From Entomortierella parvispora E1425 (taxonomy: Eukaryota > Fungi > Mortierellomycota), in contig BQFW01000004.1 in NCBI GenBank assembly GCA_020891255.1, positions 744,001 to 808,000 of the forward strand: a stretch of DNA of 64,000 nt. The letters are read 5' to 3'. The notes beneath the pieces were generated by a model that saw nothing but the letters and a program-made list of their open reading frames with translations, had not been told where the DNA came from and searched no databases. Positions 60,658 through 64,000 of the stretch are shown here, piece by piece; within the stretch, counting starts at the first letter, position 1, and the number at the start of each line of letters is the position of its first letter. The position numbers and the translations under genes are program-made.

Positions 60658-61692
60658 GAGGACACAACGACAACCCAGATGAAAGGGGAATCAACTTCTC
60701 CAGTAGACGGAGGCAAGGGGAAACGGCCAAAAAACAACCTGAAAAAATGTTAGCTCTTTCGGCCTGGGTGGACAGTGTTGAGTGCGATCCTGCCACCGAC
60801 AATAACAATCATACATTAGCAAAGGACATGCATGGGCTTACTTCGTATAAACCTGCATTATCGCAGGAAGATCTATTTTTTTTCTTTTCTTTTTTCTTTC
60901 TCTTTTTTTTTTTTTCTTTTTTTTTCTTTCTCTGTTGCTCTATTTCCTTGTGAAATAAATAAAAAAATAATCGAGAAAAAACCATGTCGCAATGCTTCTC
61001 TCCCCCCCCCCCACGTTGGCGTCCTCCTGGAGGCTCTCAGGGAAGGTAAAAATAACGCCAGTTGAGCGAACAGGGTCCAAGGGAGAAGAAGAAGGGAGAG
61101 AGAAAGTAAAAAAAAAAAAAAATGGAGCAGGCGCGAAAAGAGCGAGTGAACGAGAGCCACTAGCTTGGCTTTTTTTCAAAAAAGCCGAGCTGAAAGAGTC
61201 CACTAGATCGTCTGACCAGATCAAGGCAAGCTCCCTCGGTGAACGAGCAGTTCACGAGATCATACCGTCTCTGTTCCTCCTTGATACTCGAGACTAGCTC
61301 TATTTAGGTCTTATGTGTTTTGAGCTCAAAACAGTTATGATTGAGGACTCGCTGTTTGACGTTTGTACCCGCTTCAACCCTGGTCCTTGGAAGAGTATGG
61401 TTTCGCGAACATGGGCAATGACAAAGAGCCACGTCGAGAGCAAAGGAATAACGTTAGAAAATCATTGGATCACTGAACCATCGGAGGAATGTTGGGAGAA
61501 TTATGACAAATAGGGATCGTCTTGGCAATGAGCTAGGGGTGGTTACTCCAGCCAACGGTTTAAAACAACGGTTCTCTATGCGATGGAGGGATGAGTTTAT
61601 TATACAATGTTGGGACGTAAGAGTCAATAAGAAACACTTTTTACTCTTTGTTGACTCTCTGTGCCCAGAGATTAGACCCTTGCTGAGAAGAG

Positions 61693-64000
61693 TTACTGTT
61701 GATGATTGTGATGTTGTTGCTGTTGTTGTTGCTGTTGTTGTTGCTGCTGATGAGCGTCGTATCCTGAGAGGAACGTTCTAAGGTCAGCATTCTGATGATG
61801 CGAGGCAGAAGTCGAAGAAGATGGCAGCGTTGCCGAACGCGAGGACAGGGACTTGGATTTGGACGACGGAGAAGCCTGTGATTGACCCTTGAACAGGTTG
61901 AATCCATAAATCTTGATACTCCACTTCTTGCCCATATTCGGATGCGCTTTCCAGAGTTCCTTCAGCAATTGTTCTGCCCTTTCTTCATGAGAGAGGTCAG
62001 TCTGTGAGGGGGACGCCTGTTGACCCATGTGCAAACCAGAGAAGTTGTTCTCACTGCCATGGCTGTCCAATTCATCCGCCCTTGGTCGACCGTCATGTTG
62101 CCGACGTGATTGCTTCTCCATTGGCTGACCGTCCTTTGAAGTTCTGTAGTAGGCCTGGGCTGCAAAGCCCAAAAACTCTAGTGGCATCTTGTATGGATAT
62201 AAGTTCTCGGCCCCAATCGATTCGTAGTCCTTCCAGATTTGGAGGACCAACGCCCAATTCTTTCGACCTGTAAAAGCCTGGAGAAGGATACTGATTGTCA
62301 CAAGGTCCAGTCCAGGCAGAGTAAGCATCGACGTGAACGAAGAGGACGGGTGCGACGGCGATGGCGATGATGAAGCATGAGAAGTGCTCTCCCGCGCAAG
62401 ACTGTTCCTGGTTACGATCAACATTTTTGCATACATGTTCAAGACCGATCCATCGTAACGTCGTCCAAGCTCTGGCGCCAAAAGCCCATTCAACAGTGCA
62501 CCACAGTTCGCCGTGCTCAGCTGAAGTCCATCAACCCCTCGCCAAAGTACGTTCCGGAAAAAGTCGATGGCTACGCTGGGTCGTCCCAGACGGAAGTAAG
62601 CTGAAAGTACAGTCGTGATCTCGGCCTGGTTCATGGGTTTCCCGTCCGAGTTGCGTTGAATGATTTCCAGGATACATTCCAAAGCCTCCACCTGAGAAGA
62701 GAATGGCATCACCGATCCATCGGAGGTCATAGCAGCGGCTGAGGCAGAACGTCTTTTTCGACGATCACCATTGCTGGCAAGCCACTTTTCTCTACTTCTG
62801 GTCTTCACGATTTCTCGACTCAATGCGTTGGCCAGGATTGTATATGTGACCTCATCGGGCTCCAGTCCCTTGCCTCTCATAATTTCAAAGAAGTCCAATG
62901 CCATACAAGGCTGATCCGATTTTTGGGCAAGCTGCATCAACGCGTGGAGTCCATGTCGATCCATTTGGAACTGGGTGCCATGGATCTGTTGCATCGAGTT
63001 GGCGAAGTCCTGTGCAGTCTTGATCTGCTGCAAATTAGAGAATCCCTTGATCAAGGTCGTGAAGGTGATCGAATCCGGCTCCACCCCATATTTGGTCATC
63101 TTGCGGAACAACTCGACGGCCTTGTCCATCTCCTCAATCACCGTGAAGCCCTCCATAAGCGAGTTGAATGCAAACGCATTGGGCATGATCCCTGACTTGA
63201 CCATCTCATGAAAAACCATCTCTGCCTGCTCGATATCCCTCAGGAGCACATATTGGTGGATCAACTTTCCGTATGTCACTACATCCGGTTTGACTCCTCT
63301 CGAGTTCATCTCTGTGAGCAAAGATTCAATCTTAGGGACAAATTCCTCGATCTGGTCCTTCAGCACGGCCTGGTGGTCTCCTTTCCATCGAGTATTTCCA
63401 GGTTTGGGCGACAGCTTGCTTGTGATCACATCCAACAGAGTGTTGTATGTCCAGACGTCCGGCTCTACGCCTTCCTCTAGCATCCGAGAGTAAAGTTGCA
63501 TCGCACCTTCCATGTTGCCAGAGTACTTTGCAGAGTTCATCATGATGTGGAAGGTGATATTGGTGGGCGAGATCCCTTGTTGCTGCATGAGATCTGTCAT
63601 CTCCCGAACCTTGTCATAGTCCTTTCTCAATAGGTATACTTGGATCAACGGATTGATGCTTCCATCGACCAGCGCAAGGCCATCCGCGATGATCCTGTCC
63701 AACACCTTGCGCGCCTTCTCGGCCTGACCTTCACTTGCGTATTGTGTCAAAAACACATGGTAGATTGACAGAGGGATCGGGAACTTGTTTTCCTCTATCA
63801 GTTCTCTAAGAACCCTGAGAGCGTCTGGCATTCGTCCATTCGTTGCCAAAGTTTGGAGCAAAATGCGGTACGCCTCCGGTCCTGGGTGGAGATGCGATTG
63901 AGGACTTTCCATCAGCCTGTGAAAAAGTTCCAAGACCCTGTCCACTTGGCCCTGCTTCTGAAAAGATCTCAAAAGAATTCGATAGGTCTTTGCGTTCGGT
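61693..64000 (-). CDS. Pentatricopeptide-repeat (PPR) protein, 5' end outside the window
   Basis: About 11 recognisable 35-aa P-type repeats (PDVWTYNTLL, PDVVTYGKLI, PNAFAFNSLM, PDSITFTTLI, PDEVTYTILA). The frame stays open to the window edge (PNAKTYRILL). Confidence 0.92.
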   Translation of the reverse strand, partial: PNAKTYRILLRSFQKQGQVDRVLELFHRLMESPQSHLHPGPEAYRILLQTLATNGRMPDALRVLRELIEENKFPIPLSIYHVFLTQYASEGQAEKARKVLDRIIADGLALVDGSINPLIQVYLLRKDYDKVREMTDLMQQQGISPTNITFHIMMNSAKYSGNMEGAMQLYSRMLEEGVEPDVWTYNTLLDVITSKLSPKPGNTRWKGDHQAVLKDQIEEFVPKIESLLTEMNSRGVKPDVVTYGKLIHQYVLLRDIEQAEMVFHEMVKSGIMPNAFAFNSLMEGFTVIEEMDKAVELFRKMTKYGVEPDSITFTTLIKGFSNLQQIKTAQDFANSMQQIHGTQFQMDRHGLHALMQLAQKSDQPCMALDFFEIMRGKGLEPDEVTYTILANALSREIVKTRSREKWLASNGDRRKRRSASAAAMTSDGSVMPFSSQVEALECILEIIQRNSDGKPMNQAEITTVLSAYFRLGRPSVAIDFFRNVLWRGVDGLQLSTANCGALLNGLLAPELGRRYDGSVLNMYAKMLIVTRNSLARESTSHASSSPSPSHPSSSFTSMLTLPGLDLVTISILLQAFTGRKNWALVLQIWKDYESIGAENLYPYKMPLEFLGFAAQAYYRTSKDGQPMEKQSRRQHDGRPRADELDSHGSENNFSGLHMGQQASPSQTDLSHEERAEQLLKELWKAHPNMGKKWSIKIYGFNLFKGQSQASPSSKSKSLSSRSATLPSSSTSASHHQNADLRTFLSGYDAHQQQQQQQQQQQQHHNHQQ

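Noticed and set aside
60992-61513. Long plus-strand frame with only one internal TAG (61295-61297)
   Set aside because: It is partly poly(A)-derived, has no recognisable motif or start context, and gives no support for readthrough or a pseudogene.

Overview
Eukaryotic, intron-rich fungal genomic DNA. It has about 21 spliced protein genes, typical introns of roughly 80-130 nt with CTRAC branch points, and abundant poly(A/T) and CT/GA tracts. Gene content and style suggest an early-diverging fungus, probably Mortierellaceae (inference). In order, the window holds: striatin/Far8, a Zip3/RNF212-like RING protein, an OPT transporter, an orphan single-TM Q/P-rich protein, COX15, an M49 peptidase, a FAM72-domain protein, a 110-aa 16-Cys microprotein absent from the ORF track, CK2 alpha, ADE2, an Mss116-like DEAD-box helicase, a canonical group-I G-alpha, a ~7 kb gene-free interval with a 12-bp minisatellite, an orphan 2-TM protein, FTase/GGTase-I alpha, an SLC12 cation-chloride cotransporter, pirin, tRNA-Thr(UGU), a DDP1-like Nudix hydrolase, a divergent second G-alpha, endosulfine, and the 3' part of a PPR protein gene. 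No rRNA, CRISPR array or intact transposon was seen. The best leads are the divergent G-alpha (no lipidation motifs, GPSETGKT P-loop), the hidden Cys-rich microprotein next to FAM72, the short HEXXH-type M49 peptidase, and CK2 intron 1, which is bracketed by 15-bp direct repeats and may host H/ACA-like RNAs. All family assignments come from motif recognition by eye; no database searches were run.
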